64,000 bases of DNA from an uncultured Gaiellaceae bacterium (GCA_963761905.1 CAVXIQ010000009.1:12725-76724), one strand, 5' to 3'; counted from the first letter of the stretch, positions 46,991-58,232 are shown. Notes: a model not told the origin generated them from the letters alone. Translations and numbers: made by a program.

Positions 46991-48063
46991 CTGACGGACA
47001 TCCCCCGCGCGGCCAGACGCCGGGCCTCCTCATCCGCCTCGAAGAGCTCGTCGAGGTCGCGCGCGGGCGCGCCGTCGACGGCGTCGAGCGCCTCCGCGAC
47101 GACCTCGGGAATCCCGAGGAACGAGAGCCGCCCGTCGAGAAATGCGGCGACGGCGGTCTCGTTGGCCGCGTTGTACGCACACGGATAGGTGCCTCCGAGC
47201 TCGCCGGCCCGCCGTGCGAGCGCGAGCAGCGGGAAGGTCGCGAGGTCGGGCGCCGAGAACTCGAGCGTGAGCCCACCGGCGAGATCGAGCTGGGGCAGCT
47301 CCGTCGCCGCCCGGTCGGGGTAGGTCAAGGCCCAGGAGATGGGCACTCGCATGTCGGGATAGCCGAGGTGCGCCAGCGCGGCGCCGTCCCGGAAGCGGAC
47401 GAGCGCGTGGACGACGGAGCTCGGGTGAACGACGACCTCGAGATGGTCGTAGGGAAGCCCGAAGAGGACGTGCGCCTCGATCAGCTCCAGGCCCTTGTTC
47501 GCGAGCGTGGCGGAATCGATCGTGATCTTCGGCCCCATGCTCCACGTCGGGTGAGCGAGCGCCTCCTCGACCGTGACGTCCGCGAGCTCCTCGCAGCTCC
47601 GGCCGTGGAACGGACCGCCGGACGCCGTAAGGACGAGCGAGTGGATGCTGTCGGGCGATCGGCCCTCGAGGCATTGGAACGCCGCCGAGTGCTCGGAATC
47701 GACCGGGAGCAGGAGGCCTCCCCCACGCTGCTGCGCCGCGAGCGCCAGGTCGCCCGCCGCGACGAGGCTCTCCTTGTTCGCGAGCGCGAGCGTGACGCCT
47801 CGCTCGAGCGCCCAGAGCGTCGCGCCGATTCCCGCGAAGCCGACGACGGCGTTCAGGACGACGTCGGGCTCCGCACGCTCGAGGAGCTCGGTCAGGTCGC
47901 CGCCCGTCTGGACGTGCTCGACGCCGTGTCTCGCCGCGAGCTCCTCGAGGCCGCTCGACGCGGACGCGAGGGCGCAGAGCTCGAGTTCCTCGGTGGACTC
48001 GATCACGGCGATGGCCTGCGTGCCGATGGAGCCGGTGGCTCCTAGGAGGGCGATCCGCCGCAC
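46987..48063 (-). CDS. dxr: 1-deoxy-D-xylulose 5-phosphate reductoisomerase
   Basis: IALLGATGSIGTQA, LANKESLV, DSEHSA, HPTWSMG. Confidence 0.95.
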   Translation of the reverse strand: MRRIALLGATGSIGTQAIAVIESTEELELCALASASSGLEELAARHGVEHVQTGGDLTELLERAEPDVVLNAVVGFAGIGATLWALERGVTLALANKESLVAAGDLALAAQQRGGGLLLPVDSEHSAAFQCLEGRSPDSIHSLVLTASGGPFHGRSCEELADVTVEEALAHPTWSMGPKITIDSATLANKGLELIEAHVLFGLPYDHLEVVVHPSSVVHALVRFRDGAALAHLGYPDMRVPISWALTYPDRAATELPQLDLAGGLTLEFSAPDLATFPLLALARRAGELGGTYPCAYNAANETAVAAFLDGRLSFLGIPEVVAEALDAVDGAPARDLDELFEADEEARRLAARGMSVR

Positions 48064-48093
48064 GGGCTCAGTGTACGGGGCACCGCCGGACGG

Positions 48094-48414
48094 TCAGGGG
48101 GCTTCGTTGCCCGGCCGCCGAGGCGCACGGGCGGCGATCGCGTCGAGACAGCCGCGGCGAGCGTGCTCGGCGCTCTTCGGCGAGGTGCTGCCGACCGCCT
48201 TCGAGGCGGCGTCGGCCACCGCCTCGGGCGTCGCCTCGGCCACGCCGTATCGCTGCGCGACGTAGCGGACGGAGCCGATCGAGCAGATCGCGTACGCGCC
48301 CCGGTACTCGACCGGCTGGGAGCGGATGTCGAGCGGCGGCTCCGGCTCGTCGTCGCCGCGACAGCCCGCGAGCGCGAGTAGGACGATCGCGAAGGCGAGC
48401 AGGCGGAGCGGCAC
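48094..48414 (-). CDS. Small lipoprotein, unknown function
   Basis: The GTG start shares one base with the cdsA stop. Signal peptide and lipobox VPLRLLAFAIVLLALAGC. Confidence 0.5.
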   Translation of the reverse strand: MPLRLLAFAIVLLALAGCRGDDEPEPPLDIRSQPVEYRGAYAICSIGSVRYVAQRYGVAEATPEAVADAASKAVGSTSPKSAEHARRGCLDAIAARAPRRPGNEAP

Positions 48415-49208
48415 TAGGCCCCGAACGCGAGGATGACGTAGAACGCCGCGACCGCTGCGAAGAGGTTCGCGTCGATCCGGTCGAGCATGCCGCCGTGGCC
48501 GCCGAGGAGCCTGCCGGAGTCCTTCACCTGGAGGTCGCGCTTCAGCGCCGACTCGAAGAGGTCGCCGGCGGCGCCTGCGACGGCGATCGCGGCCCCGAGC
48601 ACGAGCGACTGGGGAATCGTCAGGAAGTCCTGGTCGTAGAGGGCGAAGAAGGCGACCGCGATCGCGACAGCCGTGCCGGCGAGAAACCCCTCCCACGTCT
48701 TGCCGGGCGAGAGCCTGGGCGCGAGCTTGTGCCTGCCGACCAGCCGGCCGACCCCGTACGCCGCCGTGTCGTCGGCGAAGACGGCGATCAGAACGGTGAA
48801 GACGGCGAGCCGGCCGTGCTCGGGCAGCGCGCGGATCAGGAGCAGGTGGCTGAGGCCGAGCGCGATCCACGCGACGCCCATGACCGTCGAGCTGATCGTG
48901 ATCGTCGCCGTCTGTCGCGTCTCGGCGATCCCGTAGAGCACGAACGCCAGGAAGAGCGTGAGCATGAAGCCGCCCGTCATCCAGACGGGACCGCCGAGGT
49001 GGGCTCCGAGCAGGGTCGCGATCGCGCCCGCGTAGCCGGCGAGGACGAGCGGCCGCAGCTCCCGGGCCATCACGTAGAGCTCGTGGAGGGCGATCAGCGT
49101 CGCGCCGAGCGCGAGCGCGAAGATCCACCAGCCGCCGAGCCAGACGAGGTAGAGCACGACCGGCAGGGCGACGACCGTGACCAGCACCCGCGAGACGAGC
49201 TGATTCAT
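48414..49208 (-). CDS. cdsA: Phosphatidate cytidylyltransferase
   Basis: SALKRDLQVKDSGRLLGGHGGMLDRID. ATGA overlap with uppS. Confidence 0.9.
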   Translation of the reverse strand: MNQLVSRVLVTVVALPVVLYLVWLGGWWIFALALGATLIALHELYVMARELRPLVLAGYAGAIATLLGAHLGGPVWMTGGFMLTLFLAFVLYGIAETRQTATITISSTVMGVAWIALGLSHLLLIRALPEHGRLAVFTVLIAVFADDTAAYGVGRLVGRHKLAPRLSPGKTWEGFLAGTAVAIAVAFFALYDQDFLTIPQSLVLGAAIAVAGAAGDLFESALKRDLQVKDSGRLLGGHGGMLDRIDANLFAAVAAFYVILAFGA

Positions 49209-49921
49209 CTGCCCCCGAACCGGCGGCGCCGGCTCGCATACTCGCCGAGGGCGCTCGCCAGCTGGTCGCGACCGAAGTCCGGCCAGAGCGTGTCGACGAA
49301 GACGAGCTCGGCATAGGCGCTCTGCCAGAGGAGGAAGTTCGAGAGCCGCAGCTCGCCCGAGGTGCGGATCAGAAGGTCGGGATCGGGCAGCTCCGGCGCG
49401 TGAAGCCGTGCCGCGAGCGATTCCTCGTCGATCTCGTCCGGCACGAGGCCGTCCTCGACGAGCCGCCGCGCTGCATCGACGAGCTCGGCCCGGCCGCCGT
49501 AGTCGAAGGCGATCCACAGATCGAGGCGGTCGTTTCCCGCGGTCTCCGACTCGAGGCTCTCCATCTGGGCGCGAAGCGGGGCGGGTGCCCGGTCGCGGCG
49601 ACCGAAGAACCTGCTCCGGACGCCCTCCTCCGCGAGATCCGGCAGCTCGCGCTCGATCGTCTCGCCGAAGATCGTCATCAGGTCTTCGACCTCCTCCGCC
49701 GGGCGCGACCAGTTCTCGGTCGAGAAGGCGTACACCGCGAGCGAGCGGACTCCGAGGTCGATCGCCGCCTCGACCGTCCGCCGCAGCGCTCGAGTCCCGG
49801 CGCGATGGCCGTCGGCGACCGGTAGTCCTCGCGCCTCGGCCCAGCGCCCGTTGCCGTCCATGATGATCGCCACGCTGCGAGCGTCGCTCGCCGCGGGGTC
49901 GAGAGCGGCCACAGCAGTCAC
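49205..49921 (-). CDS. uppS: Isoprenyl transferase / undecaprenyl diphosphate synthase
   Basis: VAIIMDGNGRWA, AFSTENWSRP, RTSGELRLSNFLLWQ. Confidence 0.93.
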   Translation of the reverse strand: MTAVAALDPAASDARSVAIIMDGNGRWAEARGLPVADGHRAGTRALRRTVEAAIDLGVRSLAVYAFSTENWSRPAEEVEDLMTIFGETIERELPDLAEEGVRSRFFGRRDRAPAPLRAQMESLESETAGNDRLDLWIAFDYGGRAELVDAARRLVEDGLVPDEIDEESLAARLHAPELPDPDLLIRTSGELRLSNFLLWQSAYAELVFVDTLWPDFGRDQLASALGEYASRRRRFGGR

Positions 49922-49926
49922 GTCGA

Positions 49927-49955
49927 GAGGTTTGAGCGCACGGCGCTCAAACCTC
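49927..49955 (-). terminator. Intercistronic hairpin (13-bp perfect inverted repeat) overlapping the frr stop, 5 nt before the uppS GTG
   Basis: gaggtttgagcgc-acg-gcgctcaaacctc. Confidence 0.45.
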
Positions 49956-50510
49956 CATGATCTCGGTTTCCTTGTGCTTGATCAGCCCGTCGATGGTCTT
50001 CGTGTGCTCGTCGGTCAGCTTCTGCACCTGCGCCTCGCCGCGCCGCTCCTCGTCGTCGCCCACCTCGCCGTTTCGGACGAGCTCTTCGAGATGCTTCATC
50101 ACGTCGCGCCGGACGTTCCGGATCGCGACCTTGCCCTCCTCGCCGTAGCGGCGCACGAGCTTGACGAGCTCCTTCCGGCGTTCCTCGGTGAGCTGCGGGA
50201 TCGGCAGGCGCACCACCTTGCCGTCGTTCGACGGCGTCAGCCCGAGATCGGACTCCTGAATCGCCTTCTCGATCGCCTTGATCTGGGTCGGGTCGAACGG
50301 CTGGACGGTGAGGAGGCGCGGCTCGGGCGCTCCGATCGTCGCCAGATTCTTCAGCGGCGTGACCGTGCCGTAGTAGTCGATCGTGATCCGGTCGAGGAGC
50401 GCCGCAGACGCGCGCCCGGTCCGAACGCCGTTGAACTCGGTCCGCGTGGTCTCGATCGACCTGTCCATGCGACGGGTCGCGTCCTGCAGGAACTCCTCGA
50501 TCGTCGCCAT
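49947..50510 (-). CDS. frr: Ribosome recycling factor
   Basis: FNGVRTGRASAALLDRITIDYYG, and EERRKELVKLVRR. Confidence 0.95.
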   Translation of the reverse strand: MATIEEFLQDATRRMDRSIETTRTEFNGVRTGRASAALLDRITIDYYGTVTPLKNLATIGAPEPRLLTVQPFDPTQIKAIEKAIQESDLGLTPSNDGKVVRLPIPQLTEERRKELVKLVRRYGEEGKVAIRNVRRDVMKHLEELVRNGEVGDDEERRGEAQVQKLTDEHTKTIDGLIKHKETEIMEV

Positions 50511-52097
<1,587 letters not shown>

Positions 52098-52101
<4 letters not shown>

Positions 52102-53111
52102 TGGGTCTCTTCCCCCTCGGTGGTCGCTGCGGGCTCGTCCGTCGCCGCTCCCTCGGTGGCGATGACGGCCGGCTCGTCCGCGGCCGCCTGGCCTGTGAGC
52201 TCGCTGGGCGTCTCGGGCTCGACGACGGTCTCGCCCTGGCTCAGCGGCTCGTGCTCGGCCGGCGTCTCGTCGGCGGCGGGCGCCGCGGCCTCTGCGGGCT
52301 CGGTCTCGTCGCCCGTTGCGGCGCCGTTGCCGTTCGCAGATGGGGCGGTCAGCTCGGCCTCGGTGACGCGGGTCTTACCGGCGGCGATCCCCTCGGCGAT
52401 CGCCCGCACGATCAGGCTGCAGGAGCGGATCGCGTCGTCGTTGCCCGGAATGATGTAGTCGGCCTCGTCCGGATCGCAGTTCGTGTCGACGAGCGCGATG
52501 ATCGGCAGGCCGAGGCGCCGCGCCTCGCGCACCGCCAGCTGCTCCTTCTTCAGGTCGACGATGAAGACGGCGTCCGGCTGCCGCTTCAGGTCGGCGACGC
52601 CGCCGAGGTTCGACTCGAGCTTCTCGAGCTCGGCGAGCATCGTGATCCGCTCCTTCGCGGGCAGTAGCTCGAGCTGGCCCTCCGTCTTCAGGCGGCGAAG
52701 CTCGTGCAGGTGCGCGATCCGGTCGGTGATCGTCTTCCAGTTCGTGAGCAGGCCGCCGAGCCAGCGGTTCGAGACGTAGGGCATCCCGACGCGCGCGGCC
52801 TCCTGCTCGATCGAGTCCTGCGCCTGCTTCTTCGTGCCGACGAAGAGGATGCTGCCGCCGCGGCTCGCGATGTTGCGGGCGAAGTCGTAGGCCTCCTGGA
52901 GCAGCTCGGAGGTCTGCTGGAGGTCGATGATGTAGATCCCGCCCCGCTCCGTGAAGATGAATCGCTTCATCTTCGGGTTCCAGCGGCGGGTCTGGTGGCC
53001 GAAGTGGACTCCTGCTTCGAGGAGCTCGCGCATCGAGACGACCGGCGCGAGTTGAGCGGATCCAGGTTGAGCTGACCCAGGTTGAGCTGCCACGGGCATG
53101 GCCCCTTTCAC
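52098..53111 (-). CDS. rpsB: 30S ribosomal protein S2 with a long acidic C-terminal tail; start ambiguous (GTG 53111, ATG 53099 or ATG 53033)
   Basis: [49 protein letters not shown]. Confidence 0.92.
53051..53095. repeat. Three imperfect tandem 15-nt units at the 5' end of rpsB (encode [10 protein letters not shown] if translated)
   Basis: gttgagcggatccag / gttgagctgacccag / gttgagctgccacgg. Confidence 0.8.
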
Positions 53112-53246
53112 GTGGTTGGTTTGGGCGGTACTGCCGGTGTGGTCGAGCGGAACCGCGTTCAGGACGCGGCACCCCCACTCGTTGTGTCCACGCCGGGGAG
53201 CAGGAACTGGACGCGCCCAGTGTAGCGAACGCCTCGTGACAGTCTG

Positions 53247-54158
53247 TTACAAGCTCGGCTGGATCAGGCTCCTGGCGCGCTCGAGCGCAGCGGCGAGGTC
53301 GTCCGGGAGCGGCGACTCCGTCTCGATCCGCTCGCCCGTGAACGGATGCTCGAACGCGAGCCGCGCAGCGTGGAGGAACTGGCGCTCGAGGCCGAGATCT
53401 CCTGCGACGCCGTAGACGGGATCGCCCGCGATGGGCAGGTCGATGGCCTCGAGATGAACGCGGATCTGATGCGTGCGACCGGTCTCGAGCGCGACGTCGA
53501 GCAGCGTGTGCGCCGGGAGCGCCTCGACGAGCTCGAAGTGCGTCACGGCGTTCCGCGGTGTCGCCGTATCGAGCGAGTGCCGTGTCCGGTCCTGGCGGTC
53601 GCGGCCGATCGGCGCCTCGACTCTCCCGGTTCTCGAACGCGGCCGCCCCTTGACGAGAGCCAGGTAGCGCCGCTCGAGCTCGCGACGCCGGATCAGCTCC
53701 TCGAGCCGCGCGTGCGCCTCGTCAGAGCGCGCGACGACGAGCAGGCCGGACGTGTCGCGATCGAGCCGGTGCACGATGCCCGGGCGGTCCTCGTCGTCGC
53801 CGCCGGCCGCGTCGAGCGCGAGCAGCCCGTGCACGAGCGTGCCGCCCTCACGGTGTCCGGTGCCGGGGTGCACGACGACGCCGGCGGGCTTGTCGACCAC
53901 GAGCAGGTGCTCGTCCTCGAAGGCGACGCGCAGATCCATCTCCTCCGGCAGGAGCGGGCCGGCGTCCGCAGGCAACTCCGCGACGATCTCCTCCCCGCCG
54001 CCGAGCCGGTGACTCTTGGCGCGCGGTTCCCCGTCGACGAGCACGTCGCCGGCTGCGATCAGCCGTTCTGCGAGAGCGCGCGAGCCGACCTCCGGTCTCG
54101 CGGCGAGGACACGATCGAGCCGTCCGCCCTCAGAGGCGCGAAAGCGGAGAGTTGCCAA
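53247..54158 (-). CDS. rluD: RluA-family 23S rRNA pseudouridine synthase (RluD-like) with an S4 domain
   Basis: GRLDRVLA (S4 domain), VVDKPAGVVVHP, catalytic HRLDRDTSGLLVVA, GRTHQIRVH. TTG 54158 is proposed as the start and overlaps the lspA 3' end. Confidence 0.83.
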   Translation of the reverse strand: MATLRFRASEGGRLDRVLAARPEVGSRALAERLIAAGDVLVDGEPRAKSHRLGGGEEIVAELPADAGPLLPEEMDLRVAFEDEHLLVVDKPAGVVVHPGTGHREGGTLVHGLLALDAAGGDDEDRPGIVHRLDRDTSGLLVVARSDEAHARLEELIRRRELERRYLALVKGRPRSRTGRVEAPIGRDRQDRTRHSLDTATPRNAVTHFELVEALPAHTLLDVALETGRTHQIRVHLEAIDLPIAGDPVYGVAGDLGLERQFLHAARLAFEHPFTGERIETESPLPDDLAAALERARSLIQPSL

Positions 54159-54732
54159 GAGGCCGCGGTCGTCGCGACTGCCGGTCTGCGCCGGCGAGCG
54201 CGGCGAAGAGGATCGCGACTCCGACGACGATGAAGGTGTCGGCGAGATTGAAGGCCGGCCAGTAGCGAACGTCGAGGAAGTCCGTGACATGACCGAGGCG
54301 GATCCGGTCGACGAGGTTCGCGATGCTGCCGCCGAGCACGAAGCCGAGCGCGACCGGGAGGATCGGGTGGCGGCGGCCGGAGCGGGCGAAGAAGACGAGC
54401 ATCCACGCGACGGCGAGCGCCGTCAGGACGATCACGACCGATGTCGCCTGGGAGAACAAGCCGAACGCGATCCCGGAGTTCTGGACGTGATGGATCGAGA
54501 ACGGGCCGACGATCTCCACCTCGTCGCCGAGCACGAGGGTCCGGGCGACCACCTGCTTCGTGAGCTGGTCGGCACCGACCGCCGCCACGGCGATCGCGCC
54601 GAGCCCCACCCATTGCCTCGCGCCGGCGCCGAGCGGGCGTTCCGCCGCCGAGATCGGCCGCAGCGCGTTCGTCGTCGAGCCGATGCGAACATCGGGCGAG
54701 CGCGGCGGTTCCTTGCGCGCGGGGGCGTTCAA
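54130..54732 (-). CDS. lspA: Lipoprotein signal peptidase II
   Basis: NSGIAFG, SIANLVDR, WPAFNLADTFIVVG. ATGA overlap with the upstream gene. Confidence 0.88.
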   Translation of the reverse strand: MNAPARKEPPRSPDVRIGSTTNALRPISAAERPLGAGARQWVGLGAIAVAAVGADQLTKQVVARTLVLGDEVEIVGPFSIHHVQNSGIAFGLFSQATSVVIVLTALAVAWMLVFFARSGRRHPILPVALGFVLGGSIANLVDRIRLGHVTDFLDVRYWPAFNLADTFIVVGVAILFAALAGADRQSRRPRPLGNSPLSRL

Positions 54733-55097
54733 CGAGCGAGCCTCCGGGCGTCGTCGATGCAGAGCTTCGTCCAGGGAACCGCCTCGAGCCGCGCAGCGGG
54801 AATCTTCTTGCCGCAGGCCGTGCAGGTGCCGTAGGAGCCGTCCTCGATCCGCCCGAGCGCGTCGTCGACCTCGCGGAGCTGCGCCTGCGCATCCTCCTCG
54901 AGCCCTTCCTCGAGCTCGCGCTCGTAGGTCTCGGTCGCCGAGTCCGCAAGGTGGTTGTCGGAGGTCGAGCCGGAGAGCTCCCCGGTCTCGTCGGTCAGCG
55001 AGGAGCCGCCGATGTCGTGCCGCTCGATCGTCTCCAGCAAGCGGGCGCGATGCTCCTCGAGCGAGTCGCGGAACCGATCGGTGTTGCTGACCGTCAT
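54729..55097 (-). CDS. TraR/DksA-family zinc-finger protein (fourth ligand position is Asp)
   Basis: Coiled-coil N-terminus, then CTACGKKIPAARLEAVPWTKLCIDD. Confidence 0.75.
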   Translation of the reverse strand: MTVSNTDRFRDSLEEHRARLLETIERHDIGGSSLTDETGELSGSTSDNHLADSATETYERELEEGLEEDAQAQLREVDDALGRIEDGSYGTCTACGKKIPAARLEAVPWTKLCIDDARRLAR

Positions 55098-55417
55098 CGT
55101 CTCTCCTGTCTCCCCGCCGAGGCGAGGCGTCGATCGATCTCCTCGGCGTCGAGCCCGGTCAGCTCCACCAGCTTGTCACGCGAAGCTGCGCCGGCGACCA
55201 GGATCACGCTCGAGCGCGGCACCGCGAGCGTCTCGGCGAGCAGGCCGAGCACGGCGGCGTTCGCCTTGCCCTGCTCCGGCGCGGCGGCGACACGCACCTT
55301 CCAGGCGTCGCCGTGGCGGCCGACGATCGCCGTCGTCGCGGCACCCGGCGCGACGCGAAGCCGCAGTCGTACGCGTCGCGCAGGCGTGGGCCGAAATGGT
55401 GTGGTCGCGCCGCTCAC
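55094..55417 (-). CDS. DUF167/YggU-family protein
   Basis: LRVAPGAATTAIVGRHGDAWKVRVAAAPEQGKANAAVLGLLAETL. Confidence 0.7.
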   Translation of the reverse strand: MSGATTPFRPTPARRVRLRLRVAPGAATTAIVGRHGDAWKVRVAAAPEQGKANAAVLGLLAETLAVPRSSVILVAGAASRDKLVELTGLDAEEIDRRLASAGRQERR

Positions 55418-55444
55418 GCTCGCAGGATAGATGTCCCCCCGGAT

Positions 55445-55912
55445 CTACGAGATCAGCCTGCGGATCTCCCCGGTCGACTCCCCGACCGGCTCGCGCGCGT
55501 CGATTCCCGCATCCTCGACGCCCTCGAGCGCCGAACGGAGCAGCGATGTGATCCGGCGCACCTCGCGGTCGAGCCGCTCGCGCTCGGCGGCCGCGCGTCG
55601 CGTCACGGCTCGGGCCTCGCCGTGAGCCTCGGCGACGATCGAGTCCGCGTCGCGGCGGGCCTGGTCCTTCAGCTCCTGAGCGGAGCGCTCCGCCGAGACG
55701 AGCGTCGAGCGGAGCAGCCCCTCGAGCTCACGGTGGCGCTGGAGGTCCGACTCGAGCTGCTCGACCTTGTCCGAGAGATCGGCTCGCTGGCGCCAGACCT
55801 CCTCGAAGTCCTCCGCGATGTCCGCGAGCAGGCGCTCCACCGCGGCTGCGCGGTAGCCGCGGAATCCCTTCGGGAGCTGGATGTGCCGGATCTCGACGGG
55901 TGTGATCGCCAT
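55445..55912 (-). CDS. divIVA: DivIVA-domain cell-division/polar-growth protein
   Basis: MAITPVEIRHIQLPKGFRGYRAAAVERLL, followed by a coiled coil. Confidence 0.88.
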   Translation of the reverse strand: MAITPVEIRHIQLPKGFRGYRAAAVERLLADIAEDFEEVWRQRADLSDKVEQLESDLQRHRELEGLLRSTLVSAERSAQELKDQARRDADSIVAEAHGEARAVTRRAAAERERLDREVRRITSLLRSALEGVEDAGIDAREPVGESTGEIRRLIS

Positions 55913-55925
55913 CGTCCGCTCCTTT

Positions 55926-56240
55926 CTAGAGTGCTGCCTGGATCAGGGAGTCGAGGACCCGCTGGAGCACGATCAGGCTGACGACCGCGATCATCGGCGA
56001 GAGGTCGAGCGGCCCGACGGGAGGGATGAAGCGCCTGAAGATCCGCAGGTACGGGTCGCAGACGTCGTAGAGGAAGCGCTGCAGCCTGTTCAGCCACGGC
56101 CGGTAGGGCAACCGGACGAGCGAGGTCAGGATGTAGGCGAAGATCAGGAGGATGTAGACGTAGATGAACGTGTCCACGAAGCGCTGGACGGACGTCGCGG
56201 TGTCGAAGAGCAGCGCCAGAACGGCGAGAAGGTCGCCCAT
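55926..56240 (-). CDS. yggT: YggT-family membrane protein
   Basis: FIYVYILLIFAYILTSLV...LQRFLYDVCDPYLRIFRRFIPPVGPLDLSPM. Start taken at the internal ATG (the ORF extends to 56264). Confidence 0.8.
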   Translation of the reverse strand: MGDLLAVLALLFDTATSVQRFVDTFIYVYILLIFAYILTSLVRLPYRPWLNRLQRFLYDVCDPYLRIFRRFIPPVGPLDLSPMIAVVSLIVLQRVLDSLIQAAL

Positions 56241-56314
56241 GAGTCTGAGCTTCGATCCGGGCACCGGCTTTCCTACTTCGACGCGCCTCTCGTGCTGTGG
56301 CAGCCGACGATCGG

Positions 56315-56337
56315 GCCTGACGGCCAGGCCGTCAGGC
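56315..56337 (-). terminator. Intercistronic palindrome overlapping the sepF stop codon
   Basis: gcctgacggcc-a-ggccgtcaggc, giving an effective 9-bp stem. Confidence 0.35.
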
Positions 56338-56880
56338 TTGGTTGAAGAAGCCGCCGCGTTCGAGCATCCTGGCCCGCTCCTCGGCGGAGACCTCGACGTT
56401 GCGCGGCGTGAGCAGGAAGACCTTGTCGGCGACCCGCTGCATGCCGCCGTCGAGCGCGTAGGTGAGGCCGCTCGCGAAGTCGATCAGACGCTTCGAGAGC
56501 TCCTGGTCGGCGCTCTGGAGGTTCAGGATCACCGGGACGCCGTCCTTGAAGCGGTCGGCGATCTGCTGGGCGTCGTTGAAGCTCCTGGGCAGGATCAGGT
56601 GCACCTTCACGTTCGCGGGGTTCGGCGCAGACTCGACCCCACGCAGGCGCGCAGGAGGACGCAGCACCGCCGTGCTCGCGGCCGCCGGCTCCGGGTCGCT
56701 CCAGTCCTCGAAATCCCGGCCGCGCCGCGGCTGCAGGCGCCTCACGTTCGCGCGTTCCCGGGCTCCGTAGGTGCGCTCGAGCTCCTCGTTCGTCGCGAGC
56801 CCGTCCTCGTCGTCCCAGTCGTCCTCCTCGGCGATCCCGAAGTAGACGAGCGTGCGATTCCAGACGTCCGAAAAGCCCAT
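56332..56880 (-). CDS. sepF: Cell division protein SepF
   Basis: MGFSDVWNRTLVYFG, and C-terminal core PRSFNDAQQIADRFKDGVPVILNL...LIDFASGLTYALDG. Confidence 0.9.
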   Translation of the reverse strand: MGFSDVWNRTLVYFGIAEEDDWDDEDGLATNEELERTYGARERANVRRLQPRRGRDFEDWSDPEPAAASTAVLRPPARLRGVESAPNPANVKVHLILPRSFNDAQQIADRFKDGVPVILNLQSADQELSKRLIDFASGLTYALDGGMQRVADKVFLLTPRNVEVSAEERARMLERGGFFNQA

Positions 56881-56927
56881 GCCAGCAGGGGATGGTACCG
56901 CCGCCGCCGGACCGAACCCACCCCGCG

Positions 56928-57542
56928 CTAGCGGACGGGGCCGAACAGGACGGCGCCGACGCGGATCAGCGTTGCGCCTTCCTCGACCGCGACGCGGTAG
57001 TCCTGACTCGTTCCCATCGAGAGCTCGGCGAGGCCGTGGGCGGCGGCGAGCTCCCGAAGGCGGCGGAACGCCGGCCGTGACGCCTCGGGATCGGCCGACG
57101 CGGGCGGCATCGTCATCAGGCCCCTCGCCTGCGGGAACGACGCGAGGAAGCCGGCAAGCGCCTCCGGCGCGATTCCGGCCTTCGACTCCTCGCCGGAGAG
57201 ATTGACCTCGACGAGCGCGGGCACCTCGAGCCGACGCGCTGCGGACTCCGACTCCAGCGAATGAACGAGCTCGCAGATCCGGTTCACGATCTTGACCTTG
57301 TTCGACTGCAGGCGGCCGATGAAGTGCCACCGGAAGGCGTCGCCGTAGAGGTCGTGCTTGCGCTCGAGATCCTGCGCTCGATTCTCGCCGACGACTTCGA
57401 CCCCGGCCTCGGCGAGAAGGGCCATCTGCTCGAGCGACGCGTACTTCGTCGCGGCGACGATCGTGACTCCCGGGCCGACCTCGTCGCGGATCCGGGCGTA
57501 GGCCGCGCGGATCGTCTCGGCGGAGGCGGGCTCAGGCGACAC
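56928..57542 (-). CDS. yggS: YggS/PROSC-family PLP-binding protein
   Basis: VAATKYA (PLP lysine), HFIGRLQSNKV, LSMGTSQDY, IRVGAVLFG. Confidence 0.9.
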   Translation of the reverse strand: MSPEPASAETIRAAYARIRDEVGPGVTIVAATKYASLEQMALLAEAGVEVVGENRAQDLERKHDLYGDAFRWHFIGRLQSNKVKIVNRICELVHSLESESAARRLEVPALVEVNLSGEESKAGIAPEALAGFLASFPQARGLMTMPPASADPEASRPAFRRLRELAAAHGLAELSMGTSQDYRVAVEEGATLIRVGAVLFGPVR

Positions 57543-58230
57543 GCGCGATCACGCCCTGGACACCGCGAGGCTTGCCGGTTCGCCGATGCGAGAAGAAGCG
57601 GTCCGGATTGCAGGCCGTGCAGAGGTCGAGCCGCGTTACCTCGTCCACTCCCGCAGCCCGGAGTGCGCGCTCCGCCGACGTCCAGAGGTCGAGCAGGCGC
57701 CCGTCGATGACATCAGCGCCGAAGGCACGCGCGAACGGCTCTCCCACTTCAGGCCCGACCTCGTAGCAGCACGGCCCGATCGCGGGTCCGATGCAGGCGC
57801 GAGCGCCGCCGCCGAGCGCGTCGACCGCACATGCGACGACGCCCGCGAGCAGACCGCGCCAGCCGGCGTGGACGACGGCGGCAGCCGGGGTGTCGCCGTT
57901 CGAGCGGACGAGCGCGATCGGCAGGCAGTCGGCGGCGAAGGCGAGGATCGGCAGGTCGGGCTCGTCCGTCCAGAGCCCGTCGCCCGGCTCGCCGCGCACT
58001 CCTGCCGCGGCGCGGTGCACGAGCGTCGAGTGGATCTGACGGTTGACCGCCAGCCGCTCCGGTTCGCAGCCGACCTCCGCACAGAGCCGCCGCCTGTTCT
58101 CGTCGACGCGCTCGACGTCGTCGCCCGTGAGCCGCCCGAGGTTGAGCGAGTCGAACGGGCCCTCGCTGACTCCGCCTTCCCGTGTCGCGAAGACGACCTC
58201 GTAGGGCCCGGCTACGTCCCAGCGAATCAC
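57532..58230 (-). CDS. pgeF: Peptidoglycan editing factor PgeF (YfiH / laccase-domain family)
   Basis: FATREGGVS, NRQIHS, ADCLPI, VHAGWRG, CCYEVG. GTG 58230 lies 2 nt after the inferred cca stop. Confidence 0.87.
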   Translation of the reverse strand: MIRWDVAGPYEVVFATREGGVSEGPFDSLNLGRLTGDDVERVDENRRRLCAEVGCEPERLAVNRQIHSTLVHRAAAGVRGEPGDGLWTDEPDLPILAFAADCLPIALVRSNGDTPAAAVVHAGWRGLLAGVVACAVDALGGGARACIGPAIGPCCYEVGPEVGEPFARAFGADVIDGRLLDLWTSAERALRAAGVDEVTRLDLCTACNPDRFFSHRRTGKPRGVQGVIARVA

Positions 58231-58232
58231 GC

